The notes below the pieces were generated by a model. It was not told where the DNA came from, ran no database searches, and saw only the letters and a list, made by a program, of their open reading frames with translations. 55,148 nucleotides of DNA from Synechococcus sp. (GTDB lineage: Bacteria; Cyanobacteriota; Cyanobacteriia; Thermostichales; PCC-7336), in assembly GCA_051439425.1 (NCBI GenBank), contig JBFRWD010000009.1, forward strand, positions 1 through 55,148, read 5' to 3'. Position 1 is the stretch's first letter. Every line of letters starts with the position of its first letter. The translations under genes were made by a program, and so were the position numbers. Below, piece by piece: positions 40,262-49,574 of this stretch.

Positions 40262-41650
40262 TTATCTAGCCGGTAGTAGCGGAGAGTCTGCAAACGAGTC
40301 AGCGGGCGAAAGGTTGGGCGACGGTTGCCGACCAACACTGATGAACAAAATGAGAAAGAAAGATGCCAGCGGTTCATCAAATAAGGCTGACATGGTGATG
40401 GCCGCAAGGGAATACAGTCCACAGATGCACAGCGGACTAGCGGGTTGCATGGCACTAGTGCGATACAGCCAGCGCAGCATCAACGCCCAAAAGCCTACAA
40501 ACAGTGCACTACCGGCAAGCCCATTGGTGTACAGCAAGTTGCCCAGAATAAAACTGTGGCTACCCAATACCGCAAACGAGATATACGGATCGACCGACTC
40601 TCCCTTGACGGCATATCCCCATATGGGGTTGTCAACGAACGCATTCCAAGTTTGCCGATAAATCTCCCCTCGCAGCGAGCTGGAGGATGCCCGGAATTCA
40701 TTGGCCGAGGTCAGTGCTCCGGTGATGTGGCTGGATAGAAACTCGTACCCGCTGGGCAACATCAAAAATCCAAATGCCATAGCGGCGGCGACAGTAAAGA
40801 CCAACGTCCGAAACGAGTGGCGGTGCCAGTTTGAATAGATCCAGCGCAGTCCCAAAATCGGCAGCATCGCTGCCATTACGATCCGCGTACCGCTCAGCAC
40901 AATCAATAGAAGGGCCAGAGCAAACATGCTCCATTTCCAAATGACAGTACGACTATCTGTGGGTCGCAAATCCAGAGCAACACATGCAAACGCCCCCGAT
41001 ATTAGCCCCAGTAATTCCGGATAGATGAAATAGAGCACGTAGCGAAGCAAACGGCCATTACCGTGGGGCCAATACGGCACTAGATAGAAACTGGCATTGA
41101 TTTCGCTGGTTTTACCCAAAACGCTTGCGTACAGGGTTGGAATGCTCGGTGGCCAAAACACCTCCTGCGCCGTCGGCAGAACAAGCAGGGCCACCAATGC
41201 CAGCATTTCCACCATCAGCAATGACAGTGCGGCCGCTATTACCGTCAATCGCAACCTCACTGCTCGACTTTGGATGTACCAGATCCAAGCAGCCGGAACG
41301 AAGGTCGTAACAACTGTTCGAACTAGATTGGACGAGTCAGCCGATATTACCAACAGGTGTCCGACTTGGTAACAGCCAAACCCCAAAAGAAACAGAACTG
41401 CCAAGTGGGGACGGGGCCACTGAATCTTCTTGGTGGTCCATAGCTCGCGCCCCAAAACAGTCACCAGCAGCAATAACGGCAGGTAGTACAACAGACCTGC
41501 TATCCACCAAAGCGGCAACGCTACGATGTTGACGCTGGCAAACCACTCTTCAATAGTGAGTGACGGTAGAGCGAATGGCAGCCCCAACAACCGAATATGG
41601 CCCCCCAATGGTGCCACTGTCCGCATGCTTGGCGATGACAGTTTGGTCAT
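40262..41650 (-). CDS. wzy: Wzy-type polysaccharide polymerase / O-antigen ligase family membrane protein
   Basis: About 10-12 TM helices; LSGTR, SSSLRGEIY, NPIWGY, GSHSFILGNLLYTNGLAG (Wzy_C-type loop). Confidence 0.82.
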   Translation of the reverse strand: MTKLSSPSMRTVAPLGGHIRLLGLPFALPSLTIEEWFASVNIVALPLWWIAGLLYYLPLLLLVTVLGRELWTTKKIQWPRPHLAVLFLLGFGCYQVGHLLVISADSSNLVRTVVTTFVPAAWIWYIQSRAVRLRLTVIAAALSLLMVEMLALVALLVLPTAQEVFWPPSIPTLYASVLGKTSEINASFYLVPYWPHGNGRLLRYVLYFIYPELLGLISGAFACVALDLRPTDSRTVIWKWSMFALALLLIVLSGTRIVMAAMLPILGLRWIYSNWHRHSFRTLVFTVAAAMAFGFLMLPSGYEFLSSHITGALTSANEFRASSSSLRGEIYRQTWNAFVDNPIWGYAVKGESVDPYISFAVLGSHSFILGNLLYTNGLAGSALFVGFWALMLRWLYRTSAMQPASPLCICGLYSLAAITMSALFDEPLASFFLILFISVGRQPSPNLSPADSFADSPLLPAR

Positions 41651-41853
41651 ATCTGTTGCACCAAACCACTAATGGCAGTAGTGAGATTAACGTTAGTCAT
41701 TAGACAAATACTGTTTGAAAACGTAAGTGGACCATCCATGCAAAGCTGCTAGATAAACACAGAGGCTAGAGAAACGAAAAGGGTAACGGTACTCAAAGGC
41801 TTGAGAAACAAAACAGGGTTGTAGGTGCCTGCCACATCAAGCGATCGCAAGAC

Positions 41854-43923
41854 TCAGGAAGGAATTCGCTCAGGCAGTTGCCGTCCGTATATGTAATCTG
41901 TCGAGTTTGTCACCTTGCCGTTGACGACAATGCCCAAAATATTGGTGCCGTATCGCTGTAGCTGCTCAACAGAATTGCGGAACGGATGGAGGTTACTGCT
42001 TCCAGGGCGAACAACCATCAGCACATTGCCTACCTCCCTTGCCATCAACACAGCATCACTGGTTAACCCAATGGGTGCTCCGTCAACCAGCACGTAATCG
42101 TAAGTCCCTTGCGCTTCCGCCAGCTGCACGTATTCAGAAAATTCCCCTTGAACTACAAACTGAGTTGGGTTGCGGTCTAAGGGATAGCTAACAACCAGAT
42201 CGAGCCCTACATCAATGGATACGGGCTTGACATCAATATCCAATAGCGAGCTGGGGTTCAGCCGCTCAGAGTTAGACCAGGGGAACCCCAATTTGTGGCT
42301 CAGCTCCCCCCTGTGAAAATCACCATCCACTAGCAACACGCGCGAACCGAGACTGGCTAGTGCCATGGCTAATCCCAACACCGTAGATGTTTTCCCCTCT
42401 CCAGCATCGGAGCTGGTTACCATCACGTATTTATTATCCAGAGAGAAGGACTCGATGTCTGAAGCCAACAACTGGAATTCAGGGGCTGACTTCAGCAAGG
42501 ACAGTTGACGATTCTCCAAGAGGACATCCAGCTTGGGAACGGCCTTCAAAACAGGGATCTCGCTAGTCTGGAGATCCTGCACCGCTAACAGTGGATTGCG
42601 TCCTTCAAAGAAAGACAGGAGTGCTGCGCTACCCAGTACCGACGCTACTAAGCCACCCAAAGCCATCAACCGACGGGACGGCCCAGCGCGATCGGGATCG
42701 ACGTAGGGTAGCCCCAGCACTTGCACAACTGGATAGATGCCGTTGCCACTCAATTTAGTCTCCTCGACCTGAGCTACCAGACCGTTGTAAACCCCTTCCG
42801 CTACGGCTACTCGCTGATGTAGATCGTTCAATCGAGCCTGGCTAGCCGGGATCGCTTTGAGCGTTTCATTTAAGCGATCGATCTCTTGTTGAAGGGCATC
42901 AGCTTCTTTCTGCTGAGCTGATGCTTCGCTACTCGCAATGATGAAGGTCTGAAGCAGCTCAAGCGAGTCTCCTCTATCTAAAAAATTCTCGCGATTGCCA
43001 TTACTGGAGATGTCACCACCATCAGGAATGTAGTCGCTTAGACGTGCTAAGACGTTCTCCCGCTCTTGTTCCAAAGCTCTGACGGTAGGCGAGCTTGCTA
43101 AAAAGCGTCCTTCCACTTGCTGCAATGAGGTTTCAATTTCAGCCAATCGCTCGCGTAGTCGTTGGAAGGTGGGATTATTGTTAGATGACAGTAGCTGCAG
43201 CGCCTGCTCGGCCGTCAACCCCATCGATGCCAATAGTTCGCCAGCTTGACTTTGACTGGCCTGTGCCCGAGCTACGGCACTCGCTCGGGTGGTGGTCAGT
43301 TCTGCAATGGTTTCGACAATTTGGTTCGTTTGCTCTTCACCATTGATGAGATTTGTACCTACTTGATAATCGGCTAAATTGAGCTGTGCTTGATTTAAGT
43401 TGGCCTCGGCTTGAACTAATTCATCCTGCAACTGTTCCGCCCGGAATTCAGAATGATTGAGGCGAAGTTCATCGATACGACCCAAAAAGGAATCAATCAT
43501 CAGATTGGTACGCTCTAGGGCCAGTTCGGGACTCGAACCTTCAACCGTTAGCGAGATCACCGTTGACTCGTTGCGTGGAGAAACATCAAATAATCCCCGG
43601 TATTCACCCAAGTCAGAATGCTCTTCCCTCTCGGGATCTGCATCCCTCGCCATCCTAAGGGTGTCAGTGCTCATTGCGATGTCAGACAGGGTATTGAGAG
43701 GATTAACCTGCTGAGAAAAAATCAGTCCTTCTTGACGTAAATCCCCTAGCGTACCTAAATTAGCGTTTAAATCGCTTGTAGACTGGGGCACGATCAACTC
43801 GGCTGTAGCCAACCAAAATGGTTCAGCAGTAGCAATCTTAAGCCCGGTGAAACCGAGAACGGTTATATTCAAGACCAAAAGAGACTTCCAGTGCCTTGAA
43901 GCTGAAGCAATTAACCTGTACAT
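41854..43923 (-). CDS. wzc: Polysaccharide co-polymerase / BY-kinase (Wzc/GumC-like)
   Basis: N-terminal TM, coiled-coil periplasmic region, second TM, Walker A SSDAGEGKTS, VLLVDGD, VLVDGAP, short Tyr tail DYIYG. Confidence 0.92.
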   Translation of the reverse strand: MYRLIASASRHWKSLLVLNITVLGFTGLKIATAEPFWLATAELIVPQSTSDLNANLGTLGDLRQEGLIFSQQVNPLNTLSDIAMSTDTLRMARDADPEREEHSDLGEYRGLFDVSPRNESTVISLTVEGSSPELALERTNLMIDSFLGRIDELRLNHSEFRAEQLQDELVQAEANLNQAQLNLADYQVGTNLINGEEQTNQIVETIAELTTTRASAVARAQASQSQAGELLASMGLTAEQALQLLSSNNNPTFQRLRERLAEIETSLQQVEGRFLASSPTVRALEQERENVLARLSDYIPDGGDISSNGNRENFLDRGDSLELLQTFIIASSEASAQQKEADALQQEIDRLNETLKAIPASQARLNDLHQRVAVAEGVYNGLVAQVEETKLSGNGIYPVVQVLGLPYVDPDRAGPSRRLMALGGLVASVLGSAALLSFFEGRNPLLAVQDLQTSEIPVLKAVPKLDVLLENRQLSLLKSAPEFQLLASDIESFSLDNKYVMVTSSDAGEGKTSTVLGLAMALASLGSRVLLVDGDFHRGELSHKLGFPWSNSERLNPSSLLDIDVKPVSIDVGLDLVVSYPLDRNPTQFVVQGEFSEYVQLAEAQGTYDYVLVDGAPIGLTSDAVLMAREVGNVLMVVRPGSSNLHPFRNSVEQLQRYGTNILGIVVNGKVTNSTDYIYGRQLPERIPS

Positions 43924-45080
43924 GCCCGAATAAACCCCCGCCTAGCTGGAAGCCAACAATCTAAATCTGCGCAAATTAAACCAAGAATGACTATAGAAAG
44001 TTAAAAATAATACCATCAGGCCATCTGCGAGTCTGAAGAGCCCAGGAACGCAATTGCTTTGCATGAAGCATTACGACTGCAACATTGCTCTACGCAGCGT
44101 TTCAATTTGACTCAAGTAGTCAAATACACTGATTACACTGATGACATTTTATGCTTTATAGCACATGTCTACGTGAATTGATGTTTGGTCAGGGCCGCTT
44201 ACCAGTTGTGTCATAAGAGTGATGAAATCTAAGAGCGACCGGCTTTGAGGCATCTTCTCCAGTCCAACGAGCGGCTCGAACGCACAACTCCCAAAGGGCA
44301 GATTCATTCACCAGCAGTTCACGTCTAAATGTATATGCAGCAAAGAGGTTTAGGTTAATGAGTTGTGCTCATAAATGGTGACGGATGATGGGCATGTATG
44401 CGGAACTCCCGTGGTTGGCAGTAGTGCTATAGGAATGGCCGAAATTTTGAACAACGTTGCTCCAGAATGAACGCTCGAACCATTGGATGCTCCAGCTGTG
44501 GCTAAGCGAGCAGCGAGCATGTTGGATAGTCCTGAAGCAACTCAGCAAAGGCTGCAAACAAGTCTGTGTTTGACTTCAAGCCATTGTGAAGTCACTCCAC
44601 AAGCCTAATACTTGATGCAAGTGACAGGTATAGCGATGGGATAGCGATCGCTACAGCGCAAAGGGGGTCGCACTCTATATCCCCCAAAAGCGATTTATTT
44701 GGCTCAAACGTAAAATCGAAGAATAAAGATAAAAAAAACGAAGTAGAGCCAAGCTCGGCGACAAATAGTTTACCTGGGTCACAGGCAAATACAACGAAGA
44801 AGCGAAATTTATACTTTATTTAACTATTCTTGCGTTTGGCTAGCATCCAAATGCTTGGCGGCGGGCACTCTATCACCACCTTGTCAGTAGAAACACTGGC
44901 GAGGTTGAGTTTAAAAGTTATTATGTGGTCACCTGAGCACTAGCTCTTATTGCCTGGTCTTCTCAATCTGGAGGACTCAATACTGAATTGAACAAGCGGT
45001 TTTTGTCTTAGCTCAAATACCTTAGGCATATCGTCCAGAAGCATAGGACCTAAAACACATTTCTTCGGAGTCTTGTACCC

Positions 45081-46094
45081 ATGGCTGTAACATTCAACGA
45101 TGCTACCGTCACTGTAATCTGCGTTCAACGGGAGCGCTTCAGCCCTACTCAGGGATGTTTGGAAAGCCTTTACGAGCACACGCAGTATCCATTCAAGATG
45201 GTGTGTGTTGATGGTAATTCGCCTCGCTCGGTCCACCGTTACCTAAAATCAGCGTCCGAAGAGAAAGGGTTTGAATTAGTCCGCAAAAATCGGTTCCTTT
45301 CTCCCAATCAAGCGCGAAATATTGGTTTGAAACACGCGACAACTAAGTATGTTGTGTTTTTTGACAACGATGTGACTGTTACACCTGGGTGGCTCGAAAA
45401 CCTCATCAAATGTGCTGAAGAGACCGAAGCAGCTGTTGTCGGTCCTCTCGTGTGCCAGTACGAGCCCCTCCACTCACAAATCCACTTCGCGGGTGGGGAA
45501 TCACACATCTGGGTGGATAAGCTTGGTCGGCGGAGACTGCGGGAGAAAATGTACGAGCAGGGTAAGGCCGTTACTCAAGTTCAACCGCAGTTGCAACGTA
45601 CCCCGACTGAATTAGCTGAGTTCCATTGCGTTTTAGTTCGCCGCTCGTCGATCGATCGCATCGGTGGTTTGGACGAGGGCATGTTGAACACTAAGGAGCA
45701 CCTCGATTTCTGTATGACTGTCGCGAAAGAAGGACAGTCGGTTTACTTCGAACCATCTGCACTTGTCACCTACGTACCCGGTCGCCCGAGAAGTCTGCGT
45801 GACGTGCACTTTTATATGGTGCGTTGGAGTGATGAATGGCAACAATCTAGCTTGGAATATTTCCGTACTAAATGGAATTTAGCTGAAGATGCTTATTTCA
45901 AAACTAAGTACAAGAAAATGGGATGGCGTCGGCGTCGTTCTCTTGTCGACCCCCTAATTCGAAAGCTCACCTTCGGTGTTGGGTTTCCCATACTGGCTCG
46001 CATGATGTACAAACTCGATCGCATTTTTAATCGATATGTTATGGCTTCGTATAACAGATCGCTTAACCCTGCAGAAGGTGAGTCAGGATATTGA
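45081..46094 (+). CDS. GT2 glycosyltransferase, divergent from wzc
   Basis: VCVDGNS, ARNIGL, YVVFFDNDV, GGLDE, EHLDFC. Confidence 0.92.
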   Translation: MAVTFNDATVTVICVQRERFSPTQGCLESLYEHTQYPFKMVCVDGNSPRSVHRYLKSASEEKGFELVRKNRFLSPNQARNIGLKHATTKYVVFFDNDVTVTPGWLENLIKCAEETEAAVVGPLVCQYEPLHSQIHFAGGESHIWVDKLGRRRLREKMYEQGKAVTQVQPQLQRTPTELAEFHCVLVRRSSIDRIGGLDEGMLNTKEHLDFCMTVAKEGQSVYFEPSALVTYVPGRPRSLRDVHFYMVRWSDEWQQSSLEYFRTKWNLAEDAYFKTKYKKMGWRRRRSLVDPLIRKLTFGVGFPILARMMYKLDRIFNRYVMASYNRSLNPAEGESGY

Positions 46095-46432
46095 AAGAAT
46101 AGTTCAGCTAGCTGAACGGTAAGTGAATATAGGTTCTCCAGGCTGTTAATAATAGTGCTGAGGAAACTCAAGTCTGCAATAGTCTAATTTCTTCGAAATA
46201 TGTAAATTACATTCAACGCCAGGAGATTATGCATGGATCGAAAATGATCTTTAGACTGTAGCTTCTGGCTACAGATGTAGAAATCCGCTGTAAGGTCTAT
46301 ATTCGGGAGTAAAGACCTCAATTTAAAAGGAGAAATGATTGGAGAACCTCTCCAGAGCGGATTACCTAGCGGTATATGTTGCAAAGGACCTTGTTCTCAT
46401 ATTATTTTGTCATGTTTTACTAAGGTGGCCCT

Positions 46433-47179
46433 ATGCCTGTTGGTCCCTATCTTCCAATTGTTGTTCCGGTTGTGTACGAGAATTTCAACGGCAATCAATT
46501 CGAGGAGTTTCAGTACGATCGCCCCAGAATTGACAGTATTGAGTCGTCTTCACGATACGACCGGGATGGAAGTGGAGAGGCCGTGAAAATAAACCTTCAC
46601 ATGGGCGATCGAGACATACACAATAGTCGTAGAGCAGAACTTCAATTGAATGCCGAAACGGGAGAATTTAAGCAGGGAGATCGTGCATGGATCGGTTTTA
46701 GCTTACTGTTGCCCGAAGGTTATGAGACCGATCCCAGCTTTGAAATTATTTTTCAATTACATTCATTCCCTGACGAGCATTTAGGTGAGGAATGGCGTTC
46801 TCCACCCATTTCGCTGAAGATTCAGGATGGAGACTTTCATCTTCACCACCAATACGACCGAAATGCTTTAACCACCAGCAATACTCCTGAAGAGAGAATT
46901 CGACAACTCATCAATCCCGTTGAATATGAAACGTGGACTGACTTTGCTATAGATGTCAACTATCAGCAGAATAGCGGTGGCTTCATCCATCTGTACCAGG
47001 ATGGTCATCAAGTGTACTCCTACACAGGCCCTGTTGGTTACAACGATGTTGACGGTATGTTTGTAAAAATAGGCATATATAAGCCCGATTGGAAATACAA
47101 TCCCCAAAATAGTTTGACCACCGAACGAACACTTTATTTTGATGCATTTCAGTTTGCTCTTATTGAAGGGACTGAGTAG
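46433..47179 (+). CDS. Polysaccharide-lyase-like beta-jelly-roll protein (Polysacc_lyase / PL13-PL20-like)
   Basis: RRAEL, WIGFSLLLP, IIFQLH, SPPISL, WTDFAIDV, FVKIGIYK, LYFD motifs. Confidence 0.78.
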   Translation: MPVGPYLPIVVPVVYENFNGNQFEEFQYDRPRIDSIESSSRYDRDGSGEAVKINLHMGDRDIHNSRRAELQLNAETGEFKQGDRAWIGFSLLLPEGYETDPSFEIIFQLHSFPDEHLGEEWRSPPISLKIQDGDFHLHHQYDRNALTTSNTPEERIRQLINPVEYETWTDFAIDVNYQQNSGGFIHLYQDGHQVYSYTGPVGYNDVDGMFVKIGIYKPDWKYNPQNSLTTERTLYFDAFQFALIEGTE

Positions 47180-47574
47180 AACGGCATCGTCGAATTAACG
47201 GAGACACAACGAAAATCGGCACTGTTTCTCTCCGTCAAGACTGTTGGCCAAAAAGTATGCTGCTGTATTTATGCAGCTCACATCACGCCACTTCTTTAAG
47301 TGCTAGCCCATGCTCTCTCGATATTCTGTGGTTGAGAGTCTGTGCTAATGGGGATGGAAATGTCCTTTTATGGGTTTGAAAGTAGATAGTAATCTTTGTG
47401 ACTGACCGGATGATTTGAAGCGACCCATCCGCTTCTCTCTCAATCGTGTTGGTCGGTGGGAATTCTCGGCTCGATTGTTGAGGCCCTTATACTGCCTGTG
47501 GTCTAATCCCTTCAATCTTTACCATAAGTCCCAGAAGAACAAGCGACTCGCTTGGAGAGAGAGGATTTTAAGAG

Positions 47575-49461
47575 TCATAGTGAAGATCCGAATTCTGTGG
47601 ACCGATCGCTGTTGGTGCGTTTTTGCTGCTCGATCAGGCGCTGTATCTCCGATTCGCTCAACGATTCTCCTTGGGTCTTGAGAGGTGTTTCAAACCAAAT
47701 CGAGCGTTGAGGAAAGGGGATGGAAATGCCGCCGCGATCGAAGGCGTACTTTAATCGGCGACGAAACTCTCTAGCGACGGCCCATTGTTTCAGGGGTTGC
47801 GTGTCAATCCATAGGCGGATTGTGATGCTGTTGTCTCCAAAGCTATCAACTCCCAGCATCTCCGGTTCCTTGACGATGAGTGATTGCCATTCCGGTTCGT
47901 GGGCCATATTGTCAGCAACTTGCTTGATAGTGGCAATAGCAAAATCTAAATCTGTATCGTAGGCCACTTCAATACCTAAATTGGCCCGAGAAAACCCATT
48001 AGTCAGATTTTCGACAACAGCAATTGTGCTATTTGGCACTACGATTAGATTTCCGTCCGCACTTCGTAGCCTGGTTCTCCGCAAATTCAAGTCTTCAACA
48101 ACTCCAGCAAAACCACCTATTGCAATTACATCCCCTTCACTGAATTGGTCTTCCAACAGAATAAAGAACCCGTTGAGAAAATCCTTAACCAGGCTTTGAG
48201 AAGCAAATGAAACAGCTAAGCCAATCAAGCCAGCACCGGCTAGGATAGGGGCCAGATCGATATGAATAGCCGCGAGAAAAGCCAATACACCAATTGAAAT
48301 AATAATGGTTCCTATCAGGCTTTTTAACACTCCTGAAACAGTTTTGAGACGACTGGAAAGACGGATCGATGTTCCTCCTTTAAGAAATTGTCCGCGACTG
48401 AGATTGCTAAATAAACCGTTGATTGCCACCAAGCTGAGTCGAAATGCTGTGTAAGTGAAGAGAATGATGAGGAATAACTCTAGAGCAAATGCTGTAAACC
48501 AATGGAAGAATCCGGTGCCCAGGTAACGGGTTTGCGGAAATAGCCTCAAAATTGCCAAACAACCGGCCGCAAGCAAGACTACTCGTATCACCTGGAAAGC
48601 TAGATTGATAAAATCTCGGCGGAATTGCGTGCGACTTTTTTGCTCTTGCCATCGCTGGCGGGCGGCCGCACGTTCTGCCTCTAAGTCTTCATCGATCTCC
48701 TCCGGTACATCTGTTGCCTCGACAGTGTTCGTTTGTTGTGGAATTATCGACGGCTCGGCAAATCCGTCCAGCTGTTTGTCGTAATAGTGGCGGACCCTAA
48801 ACCTCAATCGCGATACTAACCAGGCAAGCGCCACAGAGCCGACGGCTATCCCTGCGGCTCGTAAACCAGCTGTTCGCAAGTATAACGAGGTTCTCTCCTC
48901 GACTGCACGGTTCAGAGCATTCCGAATTTGTCTTGACATCGCGATTGCCGCAAGGTTGGGGTCTTCCTCCCCCCAGATTTGAGCATCTTGGGTGGTAACC
49001 GTCATCAGGTAACGTCCTCCCACTTTGATGACCCTTAGCGGTGAATTATCAAATGTTGTGGAATGTGTGACGTCAAGGGACAACGTCCCTCTAACCACAT
49101 CCCGGGCTATGTCTTTTAGCTTTCGTTCAATCTCTTTTGCTCGGTAATACACGGGAGATGCCGATCCACCGGAATCGTTATCTCCAGATACCGTCGAAGC
49201 CGCAACCAATAGCACGCGACGACCGTCTAGCGACACCCAGCGAGTATCGAGAGGAGCATCAAACCCATCCAGAATAGGGCTTGCTAAATCGCTAAGACTT
49301 TCAGTGATAGGGTTACTGGGCTGCTGAGCCAGTGTTTGAGGAACTGATGGTTGAGGAACTGATGGTTGGGGTAAGACTACCGTCCACACAGACACCAGCA
49401 TCAATAGCATCAAGCCCCAGCGGACTAAGGTTGAGACATCTCTACTCCAGGCTGGTCTCAC
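47575..49461 (-). CDS. MscS-family mechanosensitive channel with a large periplasmic N-terminal extension
   Basis: LAGAGLIGLAVSFASQSLVKDFLNGFFILLEDQFSEGD, GVVEDLNLRRTRLR, IVVPNS, ISIPFPQR. Confidence 0.92.
   Translation of the reverse strand: MRPAWSRDVSTLVRWGLMLLMLVSVWTVVLPQPSVPQPSVPQTLAQQPSNPITESLSDLASPILDGFDAPLDTRWVSLDGRRVLLVAASTVSGDNDSGGSASPVYYRAKEIERKLKDIARDVVRGTLSLDVTHSTTFDNSPLRVIKVGGRYLMTVTTQDAQIWGEEDPNLAAIAMSRQIRNALNRAVEERTSLYLRTAGLRAAGIAVGSVALAWLVSRLRFRVRHYYDKQLDGFAEPSIIPQQTNTVEATDVPEEIDEDLEAERAAARQRWQEQKSRTQFRRDFINLAFQVIRVVLLAAGCLAILRLFPQTRYLGTGFFHWFTAFALELFLIILFTYTAFRLSLVAINGLFSNLSRGQFLKGGTSIRLSSRLKTVSGVLKSLIGTIIISIGVLAFLAAIHIDLAPILAGAGLIGLAVSFASQSLVKDFLNGFFILLEDQFSEGDVIAIGGFAGVVEDLNLRRTRLRSADGNLIVVPNSTIAVVENLTNGFSRANLGIEVAYDTDLDFAIATIKQVADNMAHEPEWQSLIVKEPEMLGVDSFGDNSITIRLWIDTQPLKQWAVAREFRRRLKYAFDRGGISIPFPQRSIWFETPLKTQGESLSESEIQRLIEQQKRTNSDRSTEFGSSL
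49336..49369. repeat. 15-bp tandem repeat encoding PQPSV x2 in the MscS N-terminus
   Basis: TTGAGGAACTGATGG twice, followed by TTGG. Confidence 0.85.
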
Positions 49462-49574
49462 TCACACATTCCTCGAATTGGCCTATTTCAGATTATGTTG
49501 TTGCAAACGGAAATAGGCTACTGCCCCTGATCGCCTGAAGCGGCTTAAATGGTCTGCGGTGAGTGGGCGATCCA

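Noticed and set aside
40156..40455. N-terminal 100-aa extension of the GT2 ORF in the track
   Set aside because: It overlaps the wzy 3' end by about 190 nt and is not GT-like; ATG 40155 is the more plausible start.
43924..45080. Search for a JUMPStart/ops (GGCGGTAG) element ahead of the polysaccharide operon
   Set aside because: No convincing match seen on either strand; GGCGGCGGGC near 44857 is not adequate.
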